A DNA stretch of 64,000 bases from Macrostomum hystrix (lineage: Eukaryota; Animalia; Platyhelminthes). The DNA lies in contig CATNEN010000034.1 in NCBI GenBank assembly GCA_950097015.1, positions 6,386,001 through 6,450,000 of the forward strand. The letters run 5' to 3'. Both the position numbers and the translations under genes were made by a program. The notes under the pieces are model-generated. The model had not been told where the DNA came from and searched no databases. It was given only the letters and a program-made list of their open reading frames with translations. Each line of letters starts with the position of its first letter. The stretch's first letter is position 1. Positions 24,285 through 41,786 of the stretch are shown one piece after another.

Positions 24285-25457
24285 TTGAGAAGTTTCGAAA
24301 ACTGAGAAGTTTCGGAAAACGAGAAGTTTTGGAAAAAGGGAACCTTCGGGAAATTAGAAGTTAGGGAAACTGAGAAGTTTCGGAAAATGAGAAGTTTCGG
24401 GAAACGGAAAAGTTTCGAGAAACGGAGAAGTTTCGGAAAATGAGAAGTTTCAGGAAAGGGGAACCTTCGGGAAATTAGAAGTTAGGGAAACTGAGAAGTT
24501 TCGGAAAAGGGGAACCTTCAGAAATTGATAAGTTTCAGGAAATGAGAAGTTTCGGAAAATGAGAAGTTTCGGGAAACGGAAAAGTTTCGAGAAACGGAGA
24601 AGTTTCGGAAAATGAGAAGTTTCAGGAAAGGGGAACCTTCGGGAAATTAGAAGTTTCGGAAAATGAGAAGTTTCGGGAAACGGAAAAGTTTCGAGAAACG
24701 GAGAAGTTTCGGGAAACGGAAAAGTTTCGAGAAACGGAGAAGTTTCGGAAAATGAGAAGTTTCAGGAAAGGGGAACCTTCGGGAAATTAGAAGTTAGGGA
24801 AACTGAGAAGTTTCGGAAAAGGGGAACCTTCAGAAATTGATAAGTTTCAGGAAATTAGAAGTTTCGGAAAATGAGAAGTTTCGGGAAACGGAGAAATTTC
24901 GGGAAACGTAGAAGTTTCGGGAAACGGAGAAGTTTCGGGAAGTGAGAAGTTTCGGGAAACGGAGAAGTTTCGGGAAGTGAGAAGTTTCGGGAAACGGAGA
25001 AGTTTCGGGAAACGGAGAAGTTTCGGGAAACGGAGAAGTTTCGGGAAACGGAGAAGTTTCGGGAAACGGAGAAGTTTCGGGAAACGGAGAAGTTTCGGGA
25101 AACGGAGAAGTTTCGGGAAACGGAGAAGTTTCGGGAAACGGAGAAGTTTCGGGAAACGGAGAAGTTTCGGGAAACGGAGAAGTTTCGGGAAACGGAGAAG
25201 TTTCGGGAAACGGAGAAGTTTCGGGAAACGGAGAAGTTTCGGGAAACGGAGAAGTTTCGGGAAACGGAGAAGTTTCGGGAAACGGAGAAGTTTCGGGAAA
25301 CGGAGAAGTTTCGGGAAACGGAGAAGTTTCGGGAAACGGAGAAGTTTCGGGAAACGGAGAAGTTTCGGGAAACGGAGAAGTTTCGGGAAACGGAGAAGTT
25401 TCGGGAAACGGAGAAGTTTCGGGAAACGGAGAAGTTTCGGGAAACGGAGAAGTTTCC
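24285..25457. repeat. 18-bp minisatellite GAAACGGAGAAGTTTCGG, degenerate on the left and homogeneous on the right
   Basis: Direct inspection. It explains the PETSPF and RFPKLL ORFs. Confidence 0.95.
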
Positions 25458-25932
25458 GGAATCGTTTCGAGTAACTTTTGGAGTAATTGTAGAAGAAGCA
25501 ATAAAAGATCAAATTGACTGACCAGTTCCTCGTAGAAATAAAATTAATGAAAAAGTGCACCCAGCCTTGCCTATGTACACAATCAAGTGCAAGAATAACC
25601 CATTAAGCTAAAATGTTCCCGCGTGTTCCAGCACCTTATTATCAACAAATCAACAAGTTCTTCTTCTAGGCACTGCCAGTTCTTCTTGCTGTTATCGGGG
25701 CCAATGAAAACTTAACTCAGTGCTGTCAAGCATTTTCGACTGCTTCCTGAATTCTTAACGGACAGCAGTTGAGATAAGACACACCGTTTAAACACTGTGC
25801 AATGATCACTGGTCCTTTAACTCCCTTTGTGGGGCCATGTGTTTTTTTAGCAGTATAAGTTATATTCTACCAACCTTGCTCAATAATACCGTCTGGCTAA
25901 ACTGTCTAGGAAGTCTGAACATTCTCTGATGA

Positions 25933-26471
25933 AACATTCCCTGACTGAACATTCCCTGACCGAACATTCCCTGACTGAGCATTCCCTGACTGAACATTCC
26001 CTGACCGAACATTCCCTGACTGAGCATTCCCTGACCTAAACGAGCATTCCCTGACTGATCATTCCCTGACCTAAACGAACATTCCCTGACTGAACATTCC
26101 CTGACCGAACATTCCCTGACTGAACATTCCCTGACTGAACATTCCCTGACCGAACATTCCCTGACTGAGCATTCCCTGACCGAACATTCCCTGACTGAGC
26201 ATTCCCTGACTGAACATTCCCTGACTGAACATTCCCTGACCGAACATTCCCTGACTGAGCATTCCCTGACCTAAACGAACATTCCTTGACTGAACATTCC
26301 CTGACTGAACATTCCCTGACTGAACATTCCCTGACCGAACATTCCCTGACTGAACATTCTCTGACCAAACATTCCCTGACTGAACATTCCCTGACTGAAC
26401 ATTCCCTGACTGAACATTCTCTGACCAAACATTCCCTGACTGAACATTCCCTGACTGAAAATTCCCTGACT
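25933..26471. repeat. 15-bp minisatellite ACATTCCCTGACTGA
   Basis: Direct inspection. Confidence 0.95.
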
Positions 26472-27099
26472 AAATCGTCAGGGTAATCACGAACATTTTC
26501 TGATTCTAAAAGCAGCAGCAATCTAAAATGCATTAGAAAGGCTTCCAAATGACAAGCGGCTACTGGAGCAACAGATTGTCCGATAGCGTGAGCAGTAATC
26601 TCAAGCCAGGATGCACTCGTTATTGTATTTTTTAACCCTTATCAAACTGCCTGCACCGCTCTAGTCTCCCAAATCTTTGGATCTGCCAATACATTTTCCC
26701 TGGGATTAAATAATAATATCTAACTGTACGATTAGAGCTTTCAAGAAACTGTTTACACTGCTCTCCGCTGCGTGTCTGTCAGTGTGTAACTTGTAGTGAA
26801 CAGCAACTATGGACCGGCTAGCTATTGATTTTTTTGCATGTGTCTACACTTACTGTTTGCAGCTATAGCCGCCTCCATGTCTGTTTAAATTTGCCGCAAC
26901 AGAGTAATTAATATCGGTACCATTGTAACTTAGTCAGCGGCTTGTTTTAGCCCCTACAGAATGCGTTGGGAAAATTTTCTAAAACTCTACAGCTGTGAAA
27001 GTGATCTTATCCTACTCAAAATGCTCTTTTATTTCACCAGAGTTACATATTTTGTACAATCGATATCGAACCAATCATCTCAAACTGCTTATCTCAAAT

Positions 27100-28510
27100 A
27101 AATCATTTTACGCTAGTCATCTCAAGTTAATAATCTCAAACGACTCATCTCAAACGACTCATCTCAAATCACTTATCTTAAGCGACTCATCTAAGACTAC
27201 TCATCTCAAACTACTCATCTCAAACTACTCATCTCAAACTACTCATCTCAAACTACTCATCTCAAACTACTCATCTCAAACTACTCATCTCAAACTACTC
27301 ATCTCAAACTACTCATCTCAAACTACTCATCTCAAACTACTCATCTCAAACTACTCATCTCAAACTACTCATCTCAAACTATCCTCTCAAACTCATCTCA
27401 AACTACTCATTCTTCAAACTACTCATCCCAAACTTACTCATCTTCAAACTAATCATCTCAAATTCCAAACTACTCATCTCAAAACATACTCATCTCAAAC
27501 TACTCATCTCAAACTACCTCATTCTTCAAACTACTCATCTCAAACTACTCATCTCAGACTACTCATCTCAACTATCATCTCAAACTACTCCTCTCAACTA
27601 CTCATCTCAACTATCGAACTCTCTCAAACTACTCATCTCAAACTTACTCATCCTCAAACTACTCATCTCAAACTTACTCATCTCAAACTACTCAACTCAA
27701 CTACTCACATAACTACTTCATCTCAAACTACTCATCTCAAACTACTCATTCTCAAACTACTCATTCTACACTACTCATCTCCAAACTAATTCATCTTCAA
27801 ACTACTCATCTCAAACTACTCATCTCAAACTACTCATCTCAAACTATCATCTCAACTACTCATCTCAAACTACTCCTCTACAACTACTCTATCTCAAACT
27901 AATCATCTCAAACTACTCATCTCAAACTACTCATACTCAAACTACTCATCTTCAAACTTACTCATCTCAAACTACTCATCTCAAACTACTCATCTCAAAC
28001 TACTCATCTCAAACTACTCATCTCAAACTACTCATCTCAAACTACTCATCTCAAACTACTCATCTCAAGCTACTCATCTTAAACTAATCATCTCAAACTA
28101 CTCATCTCAAGCTACTCATCTCAAACTACTCATCTCAAACTACTCATCTCAAACTACTCATCTTAAACTAATCATCTCAAACTAATCATCTCAAACTACT
28201 CATCTCAAACTACTCATCTCAAACTACTCATCTCAAACTACTCATCTCAAGCTACTCATCTTAAACTACTCATCTCAAACTACTCATCTCAAGCTACTCA
28301 TCTCAAACTACTCATCTCAAACTACTCATCTCAAACTACTCATCTTAAACTAATAATCTTACTCATCTTAAATTACTGATCTCTGACTACTCATCATAAA
28401 CTATACTCATCTCAAGCTACTCATCTCAAACTATACTAACTTCTAGCTACTCTTCTCAGACTACTCATCTCAAACTATTCATCATAAGCTACTATCTCAT
28501 ACTACTCATC
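27100..28510. repeat. 14-bp minisatellite CTACTCATCTCAAA with degenerate edges
   Basis: Direct inspection. It lies immediately upstream of the LRR-Ig gene. Confidence 0.95.
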
Positions 28511-28675
28511 TTAATGTTTGGTCAGCTAAAGCTCATCTCAAACTGCTAAACTCATGAAAATAGTTATCAAAAGGTCTCTGCTATTGTTGAAATAGCTAAT
28601 TCCAGAAATTTCATAATGCAATGCATTGCAGGAAATTACGAGCATTTTCTTGGCCAAATTTAGAAGGGCCATAGA

Positions 28676-32757
<4,082 letters not shown>

Positions 32758-35432
32758 ATCTTCACTTGAGTGACGCGACACGCCATGCACCGACAAATTC
32801 CATTTTCTCAGCTGCAAGTTATGAATAGCTTTTTCTTGAAACCCCATACCACGGGGTAAAATTTTACGCTCTATCCGATGAAACAACTTCCAGAATAGCA
32901 AAACATCGGTCAAGATATTCAAGGATTCTCATTGGGGTGTCTTGTGGCAAATACCAGCAATATAGCTCGCAAAACGTCATCATACGAACTTCATCATACT
33001 TATCAAACTGCGTCATCATCTCGTATAATGGCGGCTATCATTGTTGACTATTATTGTATTGATTATAATTATTAATTATTTTATTATTGAACTAAATATA
33101 GATTCGTCATAGAGGTTTACACTGAGCAATGTTTGTTGTCCTTGACACCAGAATCTTCGACAAGAATCGCTGAACGGGTTTATTTCGGACGGTTTTGAAA
33201 GCAAGTTTTCGTAAATGGCGGGAAACTTTGATCCACATGGCGGACTTTCACGAAAATAAATCATTTGGTTTAAGAGCAATCGTGAAGTATGCAGTGGGTA
33301 TTTGAAATACCACGGGGAGCAAAAAATAGCTTAGGCTTTGACTTGACTACATATATTGACTCCAATGAAAACTAATTTAACATGTCCCATTGTGAATTTG
33401 TTTACTAGCTGTCTTGCCTTCAAATTAAAAAGCAGTCTCATGATTATGATAATGGTTAAATTTATTATAAATGTCCAGATTCCAGACGCTTCCAAAAGCG
33501 CTTCAAACTCAGAATAGTCTATTCGTCGCCTTTTTCCTGTAATTTATTTGCAGTGCGGGATGAAATCAAGGATCAATGACCTAAATTGGCCTGCAGTTTT
33601 TTCTATTCCTTTACATCACTATCCCGTCGTCGAATGTATAATTTACAGCTGAGAAATGAAGATCGCATTTGCACCAAAAACTGCTACACAGAGATACTTA
33701 TGTACACACCATGATTTAAAAGTAATTACTATTAAGCATTTATAGCACAAATGTCATCACTGCGAAATTTAGCAAATTTAACGTTTGTTTAACTTATGTA
33801 AAAATGTAAAAATATCGATCAGTAACATACTGAAGTACAATGATGCTACAAAGAAAATTAATTAACACCCAACTGTAATGCTTTTAATATAAAATGTGCA
33901 ATTTTGTCTCGATTAGAGGGGCGCTTAATTGCCACATTTTCGTCTGCCGTTACAGCATTTTATTTGTGATTTAGAGGACTTTAAAGAATAATACGAGCGT
34001 ATAATGGGCACGCGATTAATACAACGTTCGTTAATGACCATCGAAAGCAGAAGTAACCGAACATAAATTTTTTATTTCTTTTAAAATTTAGTGTTTTTGT
34101 ATCTTGAACGCAACAAATTATTATTTTAAAAATGCCTTTATACACGTCTTGTAGTCTCAGTTTGTTTTTTCGCCCTAACTGGCTTCGTAGAGGATCTATT
34201 TTAAATTTTCTGTTTAGTTAACGTTGTGCACACACACCGTTAACGCGCGCGTACGTAGCTCTCAACAAGGGCTGCCAATTGTATCTTTCAGACTAGATTA
34301 AATAAATTTGAGCTTAGGATTTATTGCAAATACAAGGCCTTACAAGAACCTTAGCAGCTTATTCTAACTATTAGTTCAATGTATGTATCTGGTTATGTCA
34401 TTTTCGATTTTCATGCCATTTTATTGGCTCGGGGCATGGGCAACATGGCCATGGCCACATATCATATCATAAGTTGAATAGTGGTATAATTATTAATATA
34501 GCTATAGAAAAAAGGAATACGAACCTTGTTATTTTAGCAGCACGAACGGGACTATTTTTCCGAATTTTAATTCTTTTTTATTTACTTTTTAAACTCAAAC
34601 TCTATGCAAAATTAACAACTTGATGGACCCACTCTGGACATTTGCACTATAAACGTATTAACAAATTATCTTTAAATATTCGTTTTTTTATTTTTGTTTA
34701 ATATACTTTTTAATTAATAATCATGATGGTCATTGTCTCCCTTTGGAGTACTAATTCCCAGATAGTTCCCAGATAGTGATATCATATCCAAATAATGCTT
34801 TTTGTGGTGGTTATTTTCTATTGAAAAATAGTCTAAATATCTGAAGATTTTTGTGCCATTTCTCACTTTGTCAACTTGTGACAAAATATTTAATAAATTT
34901 AAACTATTTAGAATATAAATGAAAGCAAGATTTTAGAATATGTTAAATAGATGAAATGCAACTTCAATTACGCACATATTTCAATGCTTAAGCCTATCAA
35001 AGTGTTTGTATCCTAAGATTGCATTTTTTGTATATATTATTATCCTCGTATATCAGTCACTATGGCTATATATTTCAACTTACCTATATGACCAACAATA
35101 CTTTTAAGAAAATTGAAATTGAAAAAAATCGTTTGAAATATTAAGATAGAGACATAGCACATGTTAAGCATTTATTAGTATACCTTAAATTAAATTCATA
35201 CATCTAGTTTTGTTTTATGCTTTTAGTTCTTTACTACCTTAAATTTCAATTAATTATTTAAAGTTTGCTATTCTGTGCTTAAATATGCATATTTATTGAT
35301 TATTTAATTGCTTGTGAACTGTAAAAACTGGACAAGGAACAGTTAAAACAGAATAAATTCTATATGATAATAGTAACTAATATTTAATAACAAATAAAAA
35401 GCATCTACCATTTAAGCTTTTCAGGCCATCAA

Positions 35433-38400
35433 ATGAAGCTATCAACAAACATTATTCTAACAGCTACGATTTCATGCTTATTTCCAAGCATTATTAATGG
35501 CATACCAGTGATGAAAAAAGAAGACAATAATATAGATGATATGCTTGTAAGTTTTTAAAATTTATATGACTTTTTTATCAGTATATAAAATTGATCATGA
35601 TTATAACTGCCACAGCCAGAAGTGTCCTACAAGAAATACCTTGCTGAGGTGATCAGCACTCTAGAGAGGGACAAGGATTTCGCTGAAAGAGTAGGCAAAC
35701 TCAACAATGTGAGTCCTCTGCAAGATCAATTTTATTAGCCATTGAATAGTTGCTAATGCCCCATCTTTTCAATTAGTTCCGCCTGTTACTCCCACAGACT
35801 GAAGACTTTTCCAGCCAGCTGGATTTCGCCAGCCATTCTGTGCGCTCTCGACTAGACGAACTAAAACGACAAGAGGTGGAGCGACTCAACAAGTTGGAGA
35901 GGGCGCTGCGATCCAAGATGGCTGCAAAGGTTGCAATTCTATTCTAATAACAATTTTTATATCTGTTCTCTGATACAATACAAAGTTTGTCCCTTCCAAC
36001 TACAGCCGGGGTAGGCAAACGTATTAGCTAGCAAGCCAAAGACAGAACCTAAAAGACGACAGCAGGCCGCATTGACTGGTGAAATATTAGATAGGGGACA
36101 GATAAGACGGAGAGATAAGACAGAGAAGAGATGAGTCAGGGGAGAGATGAGACACGGGAGAGATGAGACAGAGGAGAGATGAGACACGGGAGAGATGAGA
36201 CACGGGAGAGATGAGACAGCGGAGAGATGAGACAAGGGAGAGATGAGACACGGAAGAGATGAGACAGCGGAGAGATGAGACAGCGGAGTGATGAGACAGG
36301 GGAGAGATGAGACACGGGAGAGATGAGACAGCGGAGTGATGAGACACGGGAGAGATGAGACAGGGGAGAGATGAGACACGGGAGAGATGAGACAGCGGAG
36401 AGATGAGACAGCGGAGTGATGAGACAGGGGAGAGATGAGACACGGGAGAGATGAGACAGCGGAGTGATGAGACAGGGGAGAGATGAGACACGGGAGAGAT
36501 GAGACACGGGAGAGATGAGACACGGGAGAGATGAGACAGCGGGAGAGATAAGACACGGGAGAGATGAGACAGGAGAGATGAGACACGGGAGAGATGAGAC
36601 AGCGGAGAGATGAGACAGCGGAGTGATGAGACAGGGGAGAGATGAGACACGGGAGAGATGAGACAGCGGAGTGATGAGACAGGGGAGAGATGAGACACGG
36701 GAGAGATGAGACACGGGAGAGATGAGACAGGGGAGAGATGAGACACGGGAGAGATGAGACAGCGGAGTGATGAGACAGGGGAGAGATGAGACACGGGAGA
36801 GATGAAAATTTAGGTGTGGAAGAGGATACGATAGGTGTAGGAAGGGTAAACGGGCTGAATTTGGGAGATTCAAGGGCCGCAATTTTTCCCGCGGGCAGCA
36901 CTTTGCCGACCCCTGAACTACAGTCTCACCTCTCCTATTCCGTTTTCCTCTCTCAGCTCTACTACCTTTCTCTTTATTCTATTTTATTAAATAAAGAAAA
37001 AACTTTATTTTTTCCTCTTTACAGTTCCGCGTTTCCCCTCCTCTTTCCCCCCTTCCTTTCCCATTTCCCTCTGTCGAAAATAATCTAACACTAACACCAC
37101 ACTTTCGATTTATCAGACGATAAATGTTTTACTTGCAACCATGAAGGGGGTAAGTTTGTTGAACCAACTGGGGAGAGATTATTGGGGCACGCGCATACAG
37201 ACAATTGGGGGGGTAAGACAGAGGGTTAGAGAATAAGAATGTTTAGCAGCTGCGATGAGGTGGCGACCAATCATAAAGGAGGAAGGAGAGTGAATGTGAG
37301 ATCAGCCGCGGGCATGCAGAGATAACGAGAGAGAAGGAACTAGATTGAACTGGACGATTTAAAGAAGAAAAGTGCAGAGAACGAAAGAGTGAATAGAGGA
37401 CAGAAAACAGAGACGAAAGTCGCGACAACCTCCTCTGTACTCCCATTTCCTAACCAATTGTCGCATTTCTTTCCGTGCCGACAGACTGATCCTGCTTCTG
37501 ACAGCTGGCCGCGAATCGATCCCCAGCTGATACACCTGGATGAAGATACAATCAAGCGGGCCCATCTTGATCAAGAAAATCCTCATTCATTTGAAATAGC
37601 CGACTTAAAAAAGCTGGTGCGCCAGGTGACGCAGGATATTCAGAAGGTGGACGAAGCTCGGGAAGAAGAGTACAAGCGCTATGAGATGGCGAAGGAGCAT
37701 TCGAAGCGGGCCAGACTGCGCCGAATCAGAGATCGCAAAGAGCGCGAGGCCGCCGAGCAGCAGATGGAAGTGGAGCAGCAGAAGCATCGCCAGCATGAGC
37801 GAGTGCATCAGCCTGTGAGTCTGGCTTTTCTATCAACAGTACCGCCTACTTCATGATTGCTCCCAAACCGAATGACCGACTTTTGTGAAAAACCCACCAT
37901 AATGATCGAACTTTTCCACCCGTTACAATAAAAAGCTTTCTAAGCCGTCTTTTAGGTATTTGAAATACTCCTCGTAGATTTCTGTTGTTAAAGTGGCTAC
38001 GGATAATCTGGTAAAAATTAATAGTTCATTTATTTAACTCATCCAGGGCAGTCGACAACATCTGAAAGAAGTCTGGGAGAAGACCGATCAAATGGATTTT
38101 AATTCTTTTAACCCCAGGACATTTTTTATGATTCATGGTGCGTCGCTCTGCTGATTGGTTAGATTTTGTGCGCCTGTTTGCTGATTGGTTAGATTTTTTG
38201 CGCCTGTTTGCTGATTAGCGAGATTTTTGCGCCTATTTGCTGATTGGCTTGATTTTGTTCGCCTGTTTGCTGATTGGCTAGATTTTGTTCACCTGTTTGC
38301 TGATTGGCTAGATTTTGTTCGCCTGTTTGCTGATTGGCTAGATTTTGTTCGCCTGTTTGCTGATTGGTTAGATTTTGTGCGTCTGTTTGCTGATTGGTTC

Positions 38401-39909
38401 AATTTTTGTTCGCCTGTTTGCTGATTGGTTAGATTTTGTTCGCCTGTTTGCTGATTGGTTAGATTTTGTGCGCCTGTTTGCTGATTGGTTAGATTTTGTG
38501 CGCCTGTTTGCTGATTGGTTAGATTTTGTGCGCCTGTTTGCTGATTGGTTAGATTTTGTGCGCCTGTTTGCTGATTGGTTAGATTTTGTTCGCCTGTTTG
38601 CTGATTAGCTAGATTTTGTGCTCCTGTTTGCCTGCGGGGGTAATGTAATTCCATAAAGCCTTTCCATGGCAGACATTAATGGCGACGGACATTTGGACAT
38701 TGGCGAGATAGAAGCCTTGTTTTGGAAGGAGGTAGGGATCGTCTGCATTGAATTTTGTAAAAGTACATTTACGTTTAACCGCTACTATTAAATTAATTTT
38801 CAGCTGGACAAGGTCTACGGCAGAGATAATGACAATACTGTGGACCGGGTCGAGAGACAGCACGAACTAGACCGAATGCGCAAATCTTTACTAAAAAATC
38901 TCGACACCAACAGGGACATGATGATCAACTGGGAGGAGTTTAACACCTGGCACAAAAGCCTGAAGTCTAATAAGGACGACGAATGGAAGGTGAGTCTCAA
39001 TGCGCAAACGGATTGATAATTCTATATTTCGGATTGATAAGTCTATATTTCGGATTGATAAGTCTAGATTTCGGATTGATAAGTCTAGATTTCGGATTGA
39101 TAAGTCTATATTTCGGATAGATAAGTCTAGATTTCGGATTGATAAGTCTATATTTCGGATAGATAAGTCTAGATTTCGGATTGATAAGTCTATATTTCGG
39201 ATTGATAAGTCTAGATTTCGGATTGATAAGTCTAGATTTCGGATTGATAAGTCTATATTTCGGATTGATAAGTCTATATTTCGGATTGATAAGTCTAGAT
39301 TTCGGATTGATAAGTCTATATTTCGGATTGATAAGTCTATATTTCGGATTGATAAGTCTAGATTTCGGATTGATAAGTCTAGATTTCGGATTGATAAGTT
39401 TGGATTTAGGATTGATAAGTTTGGATTTAGGATTGATAAGTTTGGATTTAGGATTGATAAGTTTGGATTTAGGATTGATAAGTTTGGATTTAGGAATTCG
39501 AGAGTTTTGGATTTAGGATTACAATGTCAGGATTGATAAATGTGGAATTTGAATTTTCTGAATTTTTTTTCGGATTTTCGAATTTCGAATAGTTTCGATT
39601 TAGAAGTTTTTATATCAAATTTAGAGTACATTTTTGTATGTAAATGGGGAGTAAGGATTTCGGAAAGTTTAGCTTATAATTATGGCTTGAACTTTCTTCA
39701 TGTGCTCCACACTTAACTTCTGTTTGGAGTAGAAATTAAATTCTTTAGTAAATATCTGAAAACCGAAAAGTCCAGTTTGAAAGAAATTCCAATGCTTGCA
39801 GACAACTGAAGAGATGGAAAACTCCAAGCCATACAGTGAGGAAGAGCTGAAGCATTTTGAGGAGCAATACGCGCTGGAGCACCCGGAGGAGGCGGCGGGT
39901 GTGAAGTAG
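35433..39909 (+). CDS. NUCB2: Nucleobindin (NUCB1/NUCB2-like EF-hand calcium-binding secretory-pathway protein), 8 exons, about 370 aa
   Basis: Exons are 35433-35546, 35616-35708, 35798-35929, 37485-37814, 38047-38137, 38673-38731, 38804-38989 and 39802-39909 (1113 nt). It has a signal peptide, the motifs YKKYLAEVISTLERD, VRSRLDELKRQEV, YKRYEMAKEH, HLKEVWE and FNPRTFFMIH, and EF-hands DINGDGHLDIGEI and DTNRDMMINWEEF. The exon 3 donor GTTGCA is weak. The invertebrate gene is co-orthologous to NUCB1 and NUCB2. Confidence 0.93.
36006..36915 (+). mobile_element. Non-autonomous hAT (Charlie-type) MITE with an internal minisatellite, in nucleobindin intron 3
   Basis: TIRs are CCGGGGTAGGCAAAC (36006-36020) and CTTTGCCGACCCCTG (36901-36915). 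The perfect 8-bp TSD AACTACAG is at 35998-36005 and 36916-36923. The interior is a 16-17-bp GGGAGAGATGAGACAC repeat (about 36110-36804). Confidence 0.92.
38147..38632. repeat. 30-bp minisatellite CTGATTGGTTAGATTTTGTKCGCCTGTTTG filling nucleobindin intron 5
   Basis: Direct inspection, about 16 copies. Confidence 0.95.
39009..39500. repeat. 21-bp minisatellite GATTGATAAGTCTAGATTTCG in nucleobindin intron 7
   Basis: Direct inspection, about 23 copies. Confidence 0.95.
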
Positions 39910-39984
39910 CTCTGATGCATTTGCTTTGGAAGTATTTGAGTAGGGTTTGAGAACTTAAAGGGCATATTTTAACAGATCATACTG

Positions 39985-40833
39985 TCCCTACCTGAATATC
40001 TGAGGTGTAAGCTGAGCCCCACCTGAACATCTGAGGTGTAATCTGAGCGCCACCTGAATATCTGAGGTGTAATCTGAGCCCCACCTGAATATCTGATGTG
40101 TAATCTGAGCGCCACCTGAATATCTGAGGTGTAATCTGAGCCCCACCTGAATATCTGAGGTGTAATCTGAGCCCCACCTGAATATCTGAGGTGTAATCTG
40201 AGCGCCACCTGACTATCTGAGGTGTAATCTGAGCCCCACCTGAATATCTGATGTGTAATCTGAGCCCCACCTGAATATCTGATGTGTAATCTGAGCGCCA
40301 CCTGAATATCTGATGTGTAATCTGAGCCCCACCTGAATATCTGAGGTGTAATCTGAGCGCCACCTGAATATCTGAGATGTAATCTGAGCGCCACCTGAAT
40401 ATCTGATGTGTAATCTGAGCCCCACCTGAATATCTGAGGTGTAATCTGAGCGCCACCTGAATATCTGAGATGTAATCTGAGCCCCACCTGAATATCTGAT
40501 GTGTAAGCTGAGCCCCACCTGAATATCTGATGTGTAATCTGAGCCCCACCTGAATATCTGATGTGTAATCTGAGCGCCACCTGAATATCTGAGATGTAAT
40601 CTGAGCCCCACCTGAATATCTGATGTGTAAGCTGAGCGCCACCTGAATATCTGAGGTGTAAGCTGAGCCCCACCTGAATATCTGATGTGTAATCTGGGCG
40701 CCACCTGAATATCTGAGATGTAATCTGAGCCCCACCTGAATATCTGATGTGTAAGCTGAGCGCCACCTGAATATCTGAGGTGTAAGCTGAGCCCCGCCTG
40801 AATATCTGATGTGTAATCTGAGTCCCACCTGAA
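39985..40833. repeat. 31-bp minisatellite CCACCTGAATATCTGAGGTGTAATCTGAGCG just downstream of the nucleobindin stop codon
   Basis: Direct inspection. It explains three overlapping repetitive minus-strand ORFs. Confidence 0.95.
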
Positions 40834-41786
40834 TATCAAAAGTCTCAAAGAAAAAATAATTACAATTTTATATTTTAGTGTTGCATTCGGATACAATATT
40901 GCATTAAAATTAAATTTTCAGCCATCAACGCAGCCGCCCAATTAAGAAGCCCATTGGCCCTTGCGATTGATCTAAAAATAATATGTTTTACTAAAACAGT
41001 TGTGTATTGTGCTTCTAAATACAAAATATAAAAATTATTTATAAAAAATTAGCATATCTTCCTAGTCCCATTTAAACTCATTCGGGTTTGTGTTTCAGTC
41101 ACTTAACAGTTTTTATTACTTTTTGTTGTAGTTATGAGATTACCACTATTGGAAGTAGTAATATGCCTTGAATGTCTGAAACGATTTTTCTAGTCTAGCA
41201 TTGAGAAAATCAAATATTTAATAATGGATTGCAGAACTGCAACTTTTTTCCCTGATATTTCTGAGCTTAAAGCAAAACAATAAATATAATTGTCGCATTT
41301 TGTGTGATTGCTATCGTTTCTTACCTAGTAGCATCTTTCTTTTAGGAAATATGGTTATTGCCTCTTTCGTCTTTGCCCGTTGTTTTGTGTCAAAAGCCCT
41401 GAGAACAATAGCGCATCATTCGGCTCCACTTTTTTCTCTTTTGTTTTTATGTCTTGTCTGTTTAACTTTGCAGTAAGACTTGCGTTTTGTTGATTGATAT
41501 CTATTAATTATATACAAGAAAGTATTGATATGGCTTGTTGTTGAGCTCATTCAGTTGGTGCAATAGTGAACAGGAATTCTTTGCTAATATTTTATTTACC
41601 TCATAGAAAAATTGATCCAAAATTCACTCTATCTATCCATCGAATGCTGGTCCGAGAGACCATTTACAGCTTATTAATAACAACAATTTAACGCACATTC
41701 GATGTACACCTGCGAGCCAAGGGCTCCAGCAAGCCAACCAATCAGAGTTGGTCTAAAAACGATAGAGATAAGTAATCAGTGGAAAG

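Noticed and set aside
24830-27789. Repetitive ORFs (PETSPF, RSFGKR, RECSV, TTHLKL)
   Set aside because: They are translations of 18-, 15- and 14-bp minisatellites.
35957-36901. Three long minus-strand Ser/Leu/Cys-rich ORFs
   Set aside because: They are translations of the MITE-internal repeat inside a nucleobindin intron.
39969-40896. Three minus-strand ORFs of 227-283 aa
   Set aside because: A 31-bp repeat lacking stops on that strand is open in all three frames, which is the signature of a non-coding array.
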